A stretch of DNA of 64,000 nucleotides. Source: Gemmatimonadota bacterium. Lineage in GTDB: Bacteria > Gemmatimonadota > Gemmatimonadetes > Gemmatimonadales > GWC2-71-9. Below, piece by piece: positions 9,417-20,686 of this stretch. The first letter of the stretch is position 1. Each line of letters starts with the position of its first letter. The notes under the pieces are model-generated. The model was not told the DNA's origin and ran no database searches. It worked only from the letters and a program-made list of their open reading frames with translations. The stretch covers positions 96,001-160,000 of the forward strand of contig JAZDCZ010000386.1 in NCBI GenBank assembly GCA_036679605.1. The letters are read 5' to 3'. The translations under genes and the position numbers were made by a program.

Positions 9417-10095
9417 GCTGATAGTGGCACTGGACGTCGATTCCAGGAACGATGCTCTGCGGCTGGTCGACTCCCTTCCCGATCTGGAGTGGGCCAAAGT
9501 CGGGCCGATGCTGTTCTTGGCCGATGGGCCTGCCATAGTTGAGGCGCTGAAGGCGCGCGGGATCAAGGTCTTCTTGGATCTCAAGTGGCACGATATCCCG
9601 AACTCGGTTGCCGGTGCCGTGCGAGTGGCTGCAGATCTGGGCGTCGATCTCGCTACGGTACATGCTCTGGGTGGCGAGCGGATGTTGAGCGCGGCTCAGG
9701 CTGCCAGCGGGCATATGCGAATTGCGGCGGTCTCCGTACTAACCTCGCATTCGGAGCAGGGTTATTGGGATACAGTTGGACGCGCTGGAAATGGTAGTTT
9801 AGGAGGTGAGGTAGCGCGGCTGGCAGAACTGGCGGTACGTTCGGGTGTGGATGGGATAGTGTCGAGTCCGAGGGAGGTGGCCGAGATTCGTTCAAGGGTA
9901 GGGGCCGACTGCTGGATCGTGGTTCCTGGGATTCGCCTGCGGGGTGGGGGCGCATCCACTGACGACCAGAGCCGGACTGCTGAACCTAGTTCCGCTGTGC
10001 GGGCGGGAGCCACGCATCTCGTGGTTGGCCGTCCCATCACGGAGGCCAAAAACCCGATTCAGGTGTATGATACGATCAGGAACGAAATTAGGTGA
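9409..10095 (+). CDS. pyrF: orotidine-5'-phosphate decarboxylase
   Basis: LIVALD, DLKWHDIPNS, PGIR, VVGRPIT; start moved to GTG 9409. Confidence 0.95.
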   Translation: MAELIVALDVDSRNDALRLVDSLPDLEWAKVGPMLFLADGPAIVEALKARGIKVFLDLKWHDIPNSVAGAVRVAADLGVDLATVHALGGERMLSAAQAASGHMRIAAVSVLTSHSEQGYWDTVGRAGNGSLGGEVARLAELAVRSGVDGIVSSPREVAEIRSRVGADCWIVVPGIRLRGGGASTDDQSRTAEPSSAVRAGATHLVVGRPITEAKNPIQVYDTIRNEIR

Positions 10096-10118
10096 TCCCG
10101 TTGTTTGGCTTATAGAAT

Positions 10119-10562
10119 ATGAATAGACCCAATCGTCAGCACTTGCGCCGCGCCTCTATCTTGGGGGCCGCCCTCATCCTCGGGTTTTCACGGGCCGATG
10201 CCCAGGAGCCCGATCTCAGCGAGGCTGTGAAGAAGGCCCAGAGCGCATGGATGGAGCACCGGGTCGACCTGCTGGTCTCCAGCAGCGATACGGTCAGGCT
10301 CCATATTCCGGGAGTGGTCCCTTCTGCATCCCTGAGGCCGGGCCAGGCAGCCCGCCTATTGGAACGTTATCTCAAGACCGCGAGCGAGCGGACATTCGAG
10401 CTGCGAGATGTCCGCGAACTGGCCCCAGACCACGCATACGCCGAGGTAGAGAGAGTTTATGTGGTGAAAGGCACGTCTGAGGAGCGGGAAGAGACCGTGT
10501 TTTTGGGCTTCCGTTTGGTCCACGGCAAGTGGAGCCTGCGAGAGGTTCGCGTCACCCCGTAA
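10119..10562 (+). CDS. exported hypothetical protein
   Basis: Signal-peptide-like N-terminus (ADA-Q); fills gap before rpmJ. Confidence 0.65.
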   Translation: MNRPNRQHLRRASILGAALILGFSRADAQEPDLSEAVKKAQSAWMEHRVDLLVSSSDTVRLHIPGVVPSASLRPGQAARLLERYLKTASERTFELRDVRELAPDHAYAEVERVYVVKGTSEEREETVFLGFRLVHGKWSLREVRVTP

Positions 10563-10570
10563 CTCCTCAC

Positions 10571-10599
10571 TTGCGCAGCACTTACGCCCCATCTATATT
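10571..10599 (+). promoter_or_regulatory. putative sigma70 promoter of alpha operon
   Basis: TTGCGC-N17-TATATT. Confidence 0.6.
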
Positions 10600-10632
10600 T
10601 CAAGGCTCTGAAATTTCTTTCGAGGTGTTCTG

Positions 10633-10749
10633 TTGAAAGTCCGCTCCAGCGTCAAGCCAATTTGCGAACACTGTAAGGTTGTGCGTCGCAAGGGAGTTAC
10701 ACGAGTGATTTGCAAGCGCAATCCAAAACACAAGCAGAGGCAAGGGTAG
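10633..10749 (+). CDS. rpmJ: 50S ribosomal protein L36 (zinc-binding form), absent from ORF track
   Basis: TTG start after [44 protein letters not shown]. Confidence 0.97.
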   Translation: MKVRSSVKPICEHCKVVRRKGVTRVICKRNPKHKQRQG

Positions 10750-10752
10750 CAG

Positions 10753-11133
10753 ATGGCGCGTATTTCTGGAGTTGACCTCCCCAGGGGTAAGAGGGTCGAA
10801 ACGGCACTCACATACATTTACGGCATCGGTATTTCCACGTCGCGCAAGATTCTGGAGTTGAGCGGAGTTAATGGCGATACGCGAGTGAGTGATCTCTCGG
10901 ACGCTGACGTGGCGCGGCTTCGTCAAGCCATTGAGCGAAACGCCAAGGTCGAGGGCGCCCTTCGTACCGAAGTGGCGATGAATGTGAAGCGCCTAATGGA
11001 CATCGGTAGCTATAGAGGCACTCGTCATCGGCGAGGACTTCCAGTGCGCGGACAGCGCACCCACACCAACGCTCGGACTAAAAAGGGACCGCGCCGGGCA
11101 ATCGCTGGCAAGAAGAAAGTGATAAAGAAGTAG
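10753..11133 (+). CDS. rpsM: 30S ribosomal protein S13
   Basis: [26 protein letters not shown]. Confidence 0.98.
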   Translation: MARISGVDLPRGKRVETALTYIYGIGISTSRKILELSGVNGDTRVSDLSDADVARLRQAIERNAKVEGALRTEVAMNVKRLMDIGSYRGTRHRRGLPVRGQRTHTNARTKKGPRRAIAGKKKVIKK

Positions 11134-11136
11134 CTT

Positions 11137-11529
11137 ATGGCCAAGCCGAAGGGTTCAGGGGGAAAGCGAGTCAAGAAGATCGTCGAAGCAGAGGGCATCG
11201 CGCACGTTACGGCGACGTTCAACAACACGCTGATTACCATTACAGATACGAAGGGCAACGCGATCGTTTGGGGATCGGCGGGAAAGTCAGGCTTCAAGGG
11301 ATCTAAGAAGTCGACTTCCTTTGCGGCCACGGTGGCAGCGGAGAATTGCGCACGCGAGGCGCTCAACATGGGTGTACGCAAGGTCCATGTTAGGGTCCAG
11401 GGCCCCGGTGCTGGTCGCGAATCCGCGATCCAGGCGCTGGCCGGAGCGGGGTTACAGATTGCGTCGATCCGCGATGTCACGCCGATTCCGCACAACGGTT
11501 GCCGTCCACCTAAGAAGAGGCGGGTCTAG
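11137..11529 (+). CDS. rpsK: 30S ribosomal protein S11
   Basis: [28 protein letters not shown]. Confidence 0.98.
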   Translation: MAKPKGSGGKRVKKIVEAEGIAHVTATFNNTLITITDTKGNAIVWGSAGKSGFKGSKKSTSFAATVAAENCAREALNMGVRKVHVRVQGPGAGRESAIQALAGAGLQIASIRDVTPIPHNGCRPPKKRRV

Positions 11530-11531
11530 CC

Positions 11532-12167
11532 GTGGGTCGATATACAGGTCCGGTTTGCAGGCTTTGCCGCAGGGAGGGCGCAAAGCTGTTTCTGAAGGGT
11601 ACGAGATGCCTCACAGAGAAGTGCTCAGTCGATCGCCGTGCCTACGCTCCGGGAGACCATGGCCAGGCACAAGCAAGGCGCCGCAAGGTATCGGAATATT
11701 CCAAGCAGCTGCGTGAGAAGCAGAAGGTAAAGCGGATGTACGGAATATCGGAGCGGCAGTTCCGAAACACGTTTCAGCGTATCCGCCGAGCGCCTGGTGT
11801 CACCGGAGACAATCTGCTGATCGCGTTGGAGACGAGACTCGATAACATAGTGCATCGGATGGGGTTTGCCGTGAGCCGAAATGCGGCGCGACAGCTGGTC
11901 CGACACGGTCACGTAGAAGTGAACGGGGGTGCAGTGGACGTTCCCTCCTATCGAGTCAAAGTGAACGACGAAGTGCGAGTGTCCGAAAAGAGTAGCGAGT
12001 TGGTCATTGTGCGAGCATCGCTTGAGGCGCTGTCTCGAGCAATCCCGGTGTCTTGGATAACAGTAGATGCGGAGAAGGCGGTAGGAAAAGTTACTGAAAT
12101 GCCGACGCGCGCGACGATCCCCGTCGATGCGCAGGAGCAGCTCATCGTTGAATTATACTCGAAATAA
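11532..12167 (+). CDS. rpsD: 30S ribosomal protein S4
   Basis: RYTGPVCRLCRREG, LETRLDN, ARQLVRHGH, IVELYSK. Confidence 0.98.
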   Translation: MGRYTGPVCRLCRREGAKLFLKGTRCLTEKCSVDRRAYAPGDHGQAQARRRKVSEYSKQLREKQKVKRMYGISERQFRNTFQRIRRAPGVTGDNLLIALETRLDNIVHRMGFAVSRNAARQLVRHGHVEVNGGAVDVPSYRVKVNDEVRVSEKSSELVIVRASLEALSRAIPVSWITVDAEKAVGKVTEMPTRATIPVDAQEQLIVELYSK

Positions 12168-12169
12168 AT

Positions 12170-13216
12170 ATGACGATTGATCTAACTGGTTTGGTTCGAC
12201 CCCACGTGGTCGAAATGACGAGACGGGATGACCTCCCGTTCGCGGCAGAGTTCCGACTTCAGCCTCTTGAGCGTGGGTTCGGCCATACGCTTGGCAATGC
12301 CCTGAGGCGCATGCTGTTGTCAGCGCTGCAGGGGTCGGCTGTTTGGGCGTTTAGACTCGAGGGCGTAGTGCACGAGCACCAGACCGTGCCGGGCGTGGCC
12401 GAGGATATTCATCAGATTATTCGGAATCTGAAGGCCCTGACCATCATAGTGGCGCCCGATGTAGAGGGCACAGTGCTACACCTCAAGACGAACAAGGCCG
12501 GCCAGGTAACGGCCAAAGATCTCGAGCCCCATGGCAGTGTGAAAATTGTCGATCCCGACCACGTGCTCTTTACGCTGCAAGAAGATCGGGAGATCCTTGG
12601 TGAGCTATATGTCAACAAGGGACGCGGCTATGTGGAGGCATCCCAGCATCCCGCCGACCGATCCCTTCCGGTCGATTTGGTCCGGATCGACGCCCTATAC
12701 AATCCAGTACACCGAGCGAACTTCACCGTGGCTGAGACACGCGTCGGGCAGCGGACTGACTTCGACAGTATAACGCTGTCGGTAGAGACCGACGGGGCAG
12801 TTAGCCCGGAGGACGCTGTAGCGTACGCAGCTGCGTTGCTCGAGGAGCATCTGCACCACTTCATCGACTTCGGCCAGGTACCCACGGCGCCCAACGGAGG
12901 CGATGGGTCATCAGGGGCTGACACCGCTGCGCTGAGAGATCTGCTGTCAAAGTCCATCGATGACTGCGGACTTTCGGTCAGGTCGATCAACTCGCTGAAG
13001 AATTCGAGCATTAGCACCCTTGGTGACTTGGTCAAATACAACAAGGACGACCTGCTAAAGGTGAAGAACGTGGGCGAGAAGGCGCTGAATGAGATCATGG
13101 AGATGCTCGAGCGCGAAGAGTTGAGCTTCGGAATGACCGTCGATGAACAGAGCGACGAGTTGGCCGTGTCAGATTCCGGAGCGGGCGGCATAGGACTTGG
13201 GGAAGTGAAGGCATAG
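12170..13216 (+). CDS. rpoA: RNA polymerase alpha subunit
   Basis: [38 protein letters not shown]. Confidence 0.98.
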   Translation: MTIDLTGLVRPHVVEMTRRDDLPFAAEFRLQPLERGFGHTLGNALRRMLLSALQGSAVWAFRLEGVVHEHQTVPGVAEDIHQIIRNLKALTIIVAPDVEGTVLHLKTNKAGQVTAKDLEPHGSVKIVDPDHVLFTLQEDREILGELYVNKGRGYVEASQHPADRSLPVDLVRIDALYNPVHRANFTVAETRVGQRTDFDSITLSVETDGAVSPEDAVAYAAALLEEHLHHFIDFGQVPTAPNGGDGSSGADTAALRDLLSKSIDDCGLSVRSINSLKNSSISTLGDLVKYNKDDLLKVKNVGEKALNEIMEMLEREELSFGMTVDEQSDELAVSDSGAGGIGLGEVKA

Positions 13217-13220
13217 GCAT

Positions 13221-13577
13221 ATGCGGCATCGCAAGCGCGGCAAACAGCTCAGCAGGACCGCCAGCCATCGGAAGGCAATGCTCCGCAATATGGCTACGTC
13301 GCTGTTCAAGCACGAGCGAATTGTCACCACTCAGACCAAGGCCAAGGAGTTGAGGCCCTACGCGGAAAAGCTCATTACTTGGGCCCGACGCGGAGATCTA
13401 CATGCTCGCCGGCGGGTAGAGCGGTATGTGAAAGATCGTAAGGTTGCAGGACATCTGTTTGGAGAGATCGGACCCAGGTTTGCCAGCAGGCCGGGTGGTT
13501 ATACTCGTATTATCAAGCTCGGTCATCGATCCGGAGATGGTGCCGAGATGGCCCGGATCGAGTTACTCTCCGAGTGA
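13221..13577 (+). CDS. rplQ: 50S ribosomal protein L17
   Basis: [24 protein letters not shown]. Confidence 0.98.
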   Translation: MRHRKRGKQLSRTASHRKAMLRNMATSLFKHERIVTTQTKAKELRPYAEKLITWARRGDLHARRRVERYVKDRKVAGHLFGEIGPRFASRPGGYTRIIKLGHRSGDGAEMARIELLSE

Positions 13578-13600
13578 GCGGGAGCAGTGCATACGGTAGG

Positions 13601-13629
13601 ATGGGGGCCTAAAGGTCCCCATTTTTTTT
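13601..13629 (+). terminator. intrinsic terminator after rplQ (between convergent rplQ and rpmB)
   Basis: ATGGGGGCCT-AA-AGGTCCCCAT stem followed by a T run. Confidence 0.8.
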
Positions 13630-13846
13630 AGGGCGAAGCGGCGAGAGCGGTACTTCTGGGCGCTTTGGTAACACGGCCGGATCTGAGGCATGCCGTGCAG
13701 ACGCGGATTCGCTTGGACTTACCGTCGACCAGCGCTCGGACGCGCTGTAAATTAGGGTGCCACCGGCGCTTTGTCTTGTTGTTGGCATGACTTACGTTGT
13801 TACCGTACCGAGGACCCTTGCCACAGATTTCGCAGATGCGTGCCAT
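13628..13846 (-). CDS. rpmB: 50S ribosomal protein L28
   Basis: [30 protein letters not shown]. Confidence 0.97.
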   Translation of the reverse strand: MARICEICGKGPRYGNNVSHANNKTKRRWHPNLQRVRALVDGKSKRIRVCTACLRSGRVTKAPRSTALAASP

Positions 13847-13902
13847 ATGTCCGTCAATGAATTGGTGTTCGTTAATAAACTGCCGATAACAGGTAATCTT
13901 AA

Positions 13903-13931
13903 AACCTAGCTGTGGTCGGCCACTGATTCAA
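13903..13931 (-). promoter_or_regulatory. putative sigma70 promoter for rpmB
   Basis: TTGAAT-N17-TAGGTT on the minus strand. Confidence 0.5.
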
Positions 13932-13948
13932 GGGTTGAGGAGACGAGA

Positions 13949-14914
13949 ATGCCTACCGCATTGATTACGGGAATAACCGGTCAGGACGGATCGTACCTGG
14001 CCGAACTGCTGCTCTCGAAGGGATATGAGGTGGTGGGGGTCGTACGGCGGACCTCGCACGATTCGTACGAAAGAATCGGTCACCTCCTGGATCGGCTTTC
14101 GATAGTGCCGGCCGATCTGCTCGACCAACACTCCTTGACGACCGTGATTGGGGACGTCAAGCCCGATGAGATTTACAACCTTGCGGCGCAGAGTTTCGTG
14201 CCCACCAGTTGGTCCCAGCCGGTTCTCACCGGTGAATTCACAGCGCTCGGCGTAACCAGGATTCTGGAAGCGGTGCGATTGGCACATCCCCAGGCGAGGT
14301 TCTACCAGGCGAGTTCGTCGGAAATGTTCGGCAAAGTGCTTGAAACACCGCAGACTGAAAAGACCCCATTCTATCCGCGCTCTCCGTACGGCATCGCTAA
14401 GGTGTACGGCCACTGGATAACTGTGAATTATCGGGAATCCTACGACCTCTATGCGGTGAGTGGAATTCTATTCAATCACGAATCGCCGCGCCGGGGTCTG
14501 GAGTTTGTCACACGGAAAATCTCCGATGGCGTGGCCCGGATCAAGCTAGGCTTGGCGGACGATCTCAAGCTCGGCAACCTCGATGCCCTCAGGGACTGGG
14601 GATACGCGGGTGACTACGTAGAAGCGATGTGGCTCATGCTGCAACAGGATGAGCCCGGCGATTACGTGATCGGCAGTGGAACAAGTCACTCAGTACGCGA
14701 TTTCGTGGAGGTGTCCTTTAGCCACGTCGGTCTGGATTGGGAGAAATATGTTACGGTCGCGCAGCAATTCATCAGACCGGCTGAAGTGGAGATCCTTCAC
14801 GCCGACGCGAGCAAGGCGTGCGAGGTGCTCGGCTGGGCTCCCAAGGTATCGTTCGAGCAACTGGTAGTGATGATGGTCGACGCCGACATGGAGCGTCTGT
14901 CGGTGGCGAAGTGA
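13949..14914 (+). CDS. gmd: GDP-mannose 4,6-dehydratase
   Basis: [40 protein letters not shown]. Confidence 0.95.
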   Translation: MPTALITGITGQDGSYLAELLLSKGYEVVGVVRRTSHDSYERIGHLLDRLSIVPADLLDQHSLTTVIGDVKPDEIYNLAAQSFVPTSWSQPVLTGEFTALGVTRILEAVRLAHPQARFYQASSSEMFGKVLETPQTEKTPFYPRSPYGIAKVYGHWITVNYRESYDLYAVSGILFNHESPRRGLEFVTRKISDGVARIKLGLADDLKLGNLDALRDWGYAGDYVEAMWLMLQQDEPGDYVIGSGTSHSVRDFVEVSFSHVGLDWEKYVTVAQQFIRPAEVEILHADASKACEVLGWAPKVSFEQLVVMMVDADMERLSVAK

Positions 14915-15858
14915 AGGTTCTGGTAACCGGCGCCGACGGCTTCGTGGGGTCGCATCTCATCCCCAAGCTGCTGGAGAAGGGTCACGAGGTGTCAGCCGCC
15001 GTCCGTCCGAGCGACCCCATCGGTTCTGAGGTGCGGCGGGCAGTGTCGCCGGACATCCCCACGGTCCCGCTGGAGTTGCTGGATCCCGAGTCGGTGCAGC
15101 GAGCCGTGGACCAGGAATGGGATGCGGTGGTCCACCTGGCGGCTATGGCTTCAGGGTCCGACGTAAACAGCGATCCGATGGCCGGATGGAGGATCAATAC
15201 GCTGGGCGCTGCCCTCATGGTCTATGAACTGTCGAAGCGCAAGCTGGCAGGAGCGGATCCTGTCGTTCTGATCGTGTCTACGGCTGAGGTCTACGGTGCA
15301 GGGGAAGAGCGACCCCGTGTCGAGACGGATGTCCCCTGTCCGACCTCTCCTTATGCTGCTACCAAGTTGGCGGCTGAATGCGCTGCGTTGGAGGCATATC
15401 GGAGAACAGGGCTCAGAGTGATTGTCACCAGGGCGTTTCCCCACACAGGCCCGGGTCAGGATAGTCGTTTTGTGGTTCCGGCGTTTGCCGAGCGCCTGCT
15501 GGATGCCAAACGGCGTGGGGCCCCCGCCGTCAAGGTAGGCAACTTGGAGGCGGTAAGAGAGTTTACCCATGTCGATGATGTTGCGGCTGCGTACGTGCGC
15601 CTGCTGGAGGACGGCGCGGCCGGTGAGATCTACAATGTCTCATCGGGCGACGCCATCACGATCCGTGAGTTGTTTTTCTTGCTTGCCAAGGCGCTGGAGA
15701 TGGACTCCATCCCTGAGGTCGATTCCAGGCTGATGAGGAGGGCAGACATCCCATACTTGGTGGGGGACAGTACCAAGCTGCGTGAGAGAACGAGCTGGGA
15801 ACCACGGATATCGCTGGAGCAGACCATCCGAGAGGTCGTCGGTGCCCAAGCGGACTGA
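14911..15858 (+). CDS. GDP-4-keto-6-deoxy-mannose reductase-like SDR (Rmd-like)
   Basis: [26 protein letters not shown]; directly follows gmd; start GTG 14911. Confidence 0.7.
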   Translation: MKVLVTGADGFVGSHLIPKLLEKGHEVSAAVRPSDPIGSEVRRAVSPDIPTVPLELLDPESVQRAVDQEWDAVVHLAAMASGSDVNSDPMAGWRINTLGAALMVYELSKRKLAGADPVVLIVSTAEVYGAGEERPRVETDVPCPTSPYAATKLAAECAALEAYRRTGLRVIVTRAFPHTGPGQDSRFVVPAFAERLLDAKRRGAPAVKVGNLEAVREFTHVDDVAAAYVRLLEDGAAGEIYNVSSGDAITIRELFFLLAKALEMDSIPEVDSRLMRRADIPYLVGDSTKLRERTSWEPRISLEQTIREVVGAQAD

Positions 15859-18800
15859 CATAGAGAAGATCCTCCTGATCGGTTCGGGTCCGATAGTGAT
15901 CGGGCAGGCAGCCGAATTCGACTATTCCGGCACGCAGGCCGTGACCGCGCTAAAGGAAGAGGGCTACCAGGTAGTTCTCGTCAACTCCAATCCCGCGACG
16001 ATCATGACCGATCCGGAATTCGCCCATCGAACCTACATCGAGCCTGTCACTCCGGAGTGGGTCGCCAAAGTCATCGAGAAGGAGCAGCCGGACGCGCTGC
16101 TGCCGACTATGGGCGGGCAAACCGCTCTGAACGTGGCTATGGAGCTGACCCGTGACGGTACGCTCGAGAAATTCGGCGTGGAATTGATCGGTGCGGACGA
16201 ACGAGCGATTCGAATGGCGGAAGATCGGCAGGAGTTTGCGGCAGCCATGGAGCGGATTGGACTCGCCGTTCCGAGGGGTTCGGTAGTCGGTTCGTTCGAG
16301 CAGGCGATGGAAGTTGTCGGCGACATTGGATATCCGGCGATTCTTCGACCTTCATTCACATTGGCGGGGACGGGCGGCGGTGTGGCGTACAACCGGGAGG
16401 AATACGAGAAGCTGGTCCGAAGAGCGCTCGATCTTTCCCCTGTGGGCTCGACACTCATTGAACGGTCAGTGTTGGGATGGAAGGAGTTCGAACTCGAGGT
16501 CATGCGCGACTGCGTTGACAACGTCGTGATCGTATGCTCTATCGAGAACTTCGACCCCATGGGCGTTCATACCGGTGACTCGATTACCGTGGCGCCCGCG
16601 ATGACCTTGACCGATCGTGAATACCAGGTGATGCGCGACGCCGCGATCGCAATCATTCGGGAGATCGGTGTGACGGCGGGCGGGTGCAACATCCAGTTTG
16701 CGGTGAGTCCGACCACGGGTGAGATGCTGGTAATTGAAATGAATCCTCGTGCGTCCCGATCGTCGGCTTTAGCGTCGAAGGCCACCGGTTTTCCCATAGC
16801 GAGCATAGGTACGAAGGTCGCCGTAGGATACACGCTCGACGAACTGCCGAATGCCATCACCAAGTCGACACCGGCATCGTTTGAACCAGTGCTTGACTAT
16901 GTGGTCGTAAAGTTTCCTCGGTTCGCGTTTGAGAAATTTCCCGACGCCGACAATACTCTCAACACCCAGATGAAAGCGGTGGGAGAGTCGATGGCCATTG
17001 GGCGCACGTTCAGGGAGGCGTTCCAGAAGGGCTTGCGCGCCCTCGAGATCGATCGACCAGGGTGGGTTGCCGGGGCGAATCTCTCCGATGATGGGCTCGA
17101 TTCGGACGACCTCGATGCTTTGAGACTGGCGATCCGTCGGCCCACCGCCGAGCGGATCTTTCAGATCAAAAGGGCGATGTACCGTGGGCTCACCGCCGAA
17201 GCGATCGCGGCTCTGACGGGAATTGACGCCTGGTTCTTGAGTCAACTCGCCGAACTGGTCGATGCCGAACGCGAGTTTATCTCGCTGGGTGAACTCGACC
17301 CCTTGTCAATTCGCGATATGAAGCGGCAAGGATTCTCTGATCGACAACTTGCCGAACTACGCGGCATGAATGAGGAAGATCTGCGTGAACTTCGGTGGGG
17401 AATGGAGATCCATCCTTGCTTCAAGGTAGTAGATACCTGCGCCGGCGAGTTTCCCGCGGCGACACCCTATTTCTACTCGACCTACGATGATGAGAATGAA
17501 TCGGAACCTATCGGATCTGAAGGAGTGGTCATTCTGGGCAGCGGCCCCAACCGAATAGGCCAGGGTGTGGAGTTCGACTACTGTTGCGTTCGTGCGGGCC
17601 TGGCTTTTCGGGAGCTAGGGTACAAGACCATAATGATCAATTCCAATCCCGAAACGGTCTCTACTGATTTCGATATCTCCGACAAGCTCTACTTTGAGCC
17701 ACTGACGTTGGAGGACGTCCTAGAGATCGTCCGGCTCGAGCGGCCCAAGGGTGTAGTAGTTCAACTGGGCGGTCAAACTCCACTCAAGTTGACCAAGGAC
17801 TTGGAGAAGCATGGAGTAGCCGTTCTGGGAACGAGTCCCGATGCGATCGACATCGCGGAGGATCGTCGTCGGTTCGCGGCGATCGCCCGAAAACTCGAAG
17901 TAGCTCAGCCTCCCAACGGTATGGCTATGAGTGTAGACGATGCGGTGAAGGCCGCGACGAAGGTCGGATACCCGGTGCTGATGCGGCCATCCTACGTGCT
18001 TGGTGGGCGAGCCATGGAAATAGCTTACGACGAGCATGCTCTGCGCAGCTACTTCGAGCGGGCCGCACGTGTCTCTCCCGATCATCCGGTTTTGATTGAC
18101 AGATTTCTCGAGGACGCATTCGAAGCCGATGTCGATGCCGTGTGCGACGGAGAACGTTGCTTTATCGGGGGAGTAATGCAGCACATCGAGGATGCGGGGA
18201 TCCATTCGGGCGACTCCGCGTGCGTGCTGCCGTCATATCTGATTGACGCACCGGCTGTCGACGAGATGCGTCGCCATACCAGGGCGTTTGCGAGAGCGCT
18301 CGGCGTCATCGGCCTCATGAACGTTCAGTATGCCGTCAAGGACGGCGTCGTATACGTTCTGGAAGTGAACCCACGAGGGTCGCGTACCGTACCGTTCGTG
18401 AGCAAGGCTACGGGTATCCCACTAGCTGCGCTTGCGTCGGCGGTGATGGTGGGTAAGTCCCTCGATGATCTCGGTGTCCGGGAGGAGCCGTCGCTTCCCT
18501 ACGTAGCGGTCAAAGAGGCTGTGTTCCCATTCGACAAACTCACCGGAGTGGATCCCCTGCTTGGCCCGGAGATGCGTTCGACTGGTGAAGTGATGGGCAT
18601 CGCAGAGACCTTTGGGATGTCGTTTGCCAAGGCTCAGATTGGTGCACAGGGACAGTTGCCGCTTTCCGGCTCGGTGATGGTGACTGTGAACGACAACGAC
18701 AAGCCTACCGTGCGTCCGATCGTGCAGCGTCTGGCCGAGCTGGGATTCAAAGTGTGGGCCACCGCCGGCACCGCTCGATATCTTACCGCCGGTGGTATCC

Positions 18801-19120
18801 CGGTAGAGGAAGTATTGAAGATCCACGAGGGTCGACCCAACGCAAAGGACCTGATCCTATCGGGCGCGGTTCACCTGCTTATCAACACCCCGTTGGGCAA
18901 GCTCACGCAGCGCGATGACTACGATATCCGGCGAACGGCGCTGACACGTCGGCTACCCTACTGCACAACAGTGTCGGCAGCCAAGGCAGCGTGCGATGCG
19001 ATCTTTGCGCTGAGAAATCAGGAGGCAACCGTGCGCTGTCTTCAGGAGTGGTACGAAATAGCCAGAAGAGAGAGTAGTCGAATCGGCGCGAGCCGTGCCG
19101 TCGCCGCTGACATCGGCTAG
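15842..19120 (+). CDS. carB: carbamoyl-phosphate synthase large subunit
   Basis: PKRTDI...[17 protein letters not shown], second unit [16 protein letters not shown]-terminal MGS domain; start GTG 15842. Confidence 0.97.
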   Translation: MPKRTDIEKILLIGSGPIVIGQAAEFDYSGTQAVTALKEEGYQVVLVNSNPATIMTDPEFAHRTYIEPVTPEWVAKVIEKEQPDALLPTMGGQTALNVAMELTRDGTLEKFGVELIGADERAIRMAEDRQEFAAAMERIGLAVPRGSVVGSFEQAMEVVGDIGYPAILRPSFTLAGTGGGVAYNREEYEKLVRRALDLSPVGSTLIERSVLGWKEFELEVMRDCVDNVVIVCSIENFDPMGVHTGDSITVAPAMTLTDREYQVMRDAAIAIIREIGVTAGGCNIQFAVSPTTGEMLVIEMNPRASRSSALASKATGFPIASIGTKVAVGYTLDELPNAITKSTPASFEPVLDYVVVKFPRFAFEKFPDADNTLNTQMKAVGESMAIGRTFREAFQKGLRALEIDRPGWVAGANLSDDGLDSDDLDALRLAIRRPTAERIFQIKRAMYRGLTAEAIAALTGIDAWFLSQLAELVDAEREFISLGELDPLSIRDMKRQGFSDRQLAELRGMNEEDLRELRWGMEIHPCFKVVDTCAGEFPAATPYFYSTYDDENESEPIGSEGVVILGSGPNRIGQGVEFDYCCVRAGLAFRELGYKTIMINSNPETVSTDFDISDKLYFEPLTLEDVLEIVRLERPKGVVVQLGGQTPLKLTKDLEKHGVAVLGTSPDAIDIAEDRRRFAAIARKLEVAQPPNGMAMSVDDAVKAATKVGYPVLMRPSYVLGGRAMEIAYDEHALRSYFERAARVSPDHPVLIDRFLEDAFEADVDAVCDGERCFIGGVMQHIEDAGIHSGDSACVLPSYLIDAPAVDEMRRHTRAFARALGVIGLMNVQYAVKDGVVYVLEVNPRGSRTVPFVSKATGIPLAALASAVMVGKSLDDLGVREEPSLPYVAVKEAVFPFDKLTGVDPLLGPEMRSTGEVMGIAETFGMSFAKAQIGAQGQLPLSGSVMVTVNDNDKPTVRPIVQRLAELGFKVWATAGTARYLTAGGIPVEEVLKIHEGRPNAKDLILSGAVHLLINTPLGKLTQRDDYDIRRTALTRRLPYCTTVSAAKAACDAIFALRNQEATVRCLQEWYEIARRESSRIGASRAVAADIG

Positions 19121-20049
19121 TGAATGCCTCTCTGCTAGACGAGCTGGCGTCCCGAGTACAGGGTCAGGTAACGTTTGGGGCGCGGCTCGCGGGGTACACA
19201 ACATTCAGAATAGGGGGCCCCGCGACAGCAGTGGTGTCACCCGACTCGACCCAAGACGTTGTAGAGGTAGTGCGGCTTTGCTCTCAATCGGGTACTTCTT
19301 GGCTACCGCTCGGGCTGGGCTCGAACGTGCTGGTGGCCGACGGCGGTTTTGACGGTGTTGTGATTCACATGGGCCAAGGGATGGCTTCGATCGATCGGGC
19401 TGGTGATGGTAGGGAGTGGCGCGTCGGCGCCGGTCTGCCAACCCCTCGACTTGCTCGACGTACTGCCAAGGCCGGGCTCAATGGTATTCAGAAATTGATC
19501 GGCGTTCCAGGAACGGTTGGTGGAGGAGTAGCGATGAACGCCGGTGCACACGGACAGGATTTTTCGCAAACCGTACGCAGCGTCGAGTTAGTCGAAGCCG
19601 ACGGCACGGTGCGGGAAGTCTCCACGGAAGATATTGCGTGGCGCTATAGGAACAGCGGCATCAGTGGAGCGATGGTGACACGTGCGACATTCGAGTTTTG
19701 TTCGGCGGATAGTGCGGAAATGGAACGAGATATAAAGCGACACTTCAAGTGGCGTCGTAGGGGCACTCCGTTTGACCAGCCGTGTTGTGGGTCGGTCTTC
19801 CAAAATCCGGCTTCGGATGAAGCTGCGAGGCGGTCGGCCACTCGCACAGCCGGTCGGTGCGTCGACGCAGTGGGGCTCAAGGGCTTCCGCGTCGGTGGCG
19901 CTCAGGTGTCGCAGAAGCATGCGAACTACATTGTGAACATCGGCGGAGCTACTGCCGATGACGTGAAGGCGGTGATCGACGCCATGCGGGAGAAAGTGCT
20001 TACGGAACTGGGTATCGAACTCCAGTTGGAAGTGAAACTAATCGGATAG
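19120..20049 (+). CDS. murB: UDP-N-acetylenolpyruvoylglucosamine reductase
   Basis: TTFRIGGPA, GLGSNVL, PGTVGG..MNAGA, GSVFQNP, KHANY. Confidence 0.95.
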   Translation: MNASLLDELASRVQGQVTFGARLAGYTTFRIGGPATAVVSPDSTQDVVEVVRLCSQSGTSWLPLGLGSNVLVADGGFDGVVIHMGQGMASIDRAGDGREWRVGAGLPTPRLARRTAKAGLNGIQKLIGVPGTVGGGVAMNAGAHGQDFSQTVRSVELVEADGTVREVSTEDIAWRYRNSGISGAMVTRATFEFCSADSAEMERDIKRHFKWRRRGTPFDQPCCGSVFQNPASDEAARRSATRTAGRCVDAVGLKGFRVGGAQVSQKHANYIVNIGGATADDVKAVIDAMREKVLTELGIELQLEVKLIG

Positions 20050-20065
20050 TAACCAGGTGTGATGA

Positions 20066-20656
20066 GTGTCTGACTATTTCGTGCATGAAAGCTCCTATGT
20101 GGATGATGGAGCCGACGTTGGTGAGGGAACCAAGATCTGGCATTTCTCTCATGTCATGACGGGGGCGCGCGTTGGCCGAAACTGCAATCTCGGTCAAAAC
20201 GTTGTAGTGATGCCGCGGGTCACGATTGGAGACAACGTAAAGATTCAGAACAACGTGTCGGTTTATGAGGGGGTGGTCTTGGAGGATGACGTTTTCTGTG
20301 GGCCGTCTTGTGTTTTTACGAACGTAGGCACGCCGCGAGCCAACGTTTCGCGCAAAGGCGAGTACGAGAAAACGCTAGTTCGACGGGGCGCTTCGATCGG
20401 CGCCAACGCCACAGTGATATGTGGTACGGAGCTAGGTGAGTTTTCTTTTGTGGGAGCGGGAGCTGTCGTAACGGCCGACGTTGCTGCACACGCTCTGATG
20501 CTCGGAGTGCCTGCCAGACGGGTAGGTTGGATGTGCCGCTGTGGTGACCGATTGCACGTGGTCGACGGAACAGGGAAGTGTGAGCGCTGCGGGCTCTGGT
20601 ACCGTGAGGAAGGCGGAAGCCTCCATCCGATTGACCACCCTCCTGAAGTCGCGTAA
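20066..20656 (+). CDS. hexapeptide N-acetyltransferase (WbpD/WlbB-like)
   Basis: GTKIWHFSHV, KIQNNVSVYEGV, FCGPSCVFTN. Confidence 0.85.
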   Translation: MSDYFVHESSYVDDGADVGEGTKIWHFSHVMTGARVGRNCNLGQNVVVMPRVTIGDNVKIQNNVSVYEGVVLEDDVFCGPSCVFTNVGTPRANVSRKGEYEKTLVRRGASIGANATVICGTELGEFSFVGAGAVVTADVAAHALMLGVPARRVGWMCRCGDRLHVVDGTGKCERCGLWYREEGGSLHPIDHPPEVA

Positions 20657-20686
20657 GTTTGTACGCTTTCAAGACTTGGACATAAT

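Noticed and set aside
19780..19810. MurB PCCGSVF as a Cys-substituted active site
   Set aside because: The catalytic Ser is the one in GSVF and it is retained
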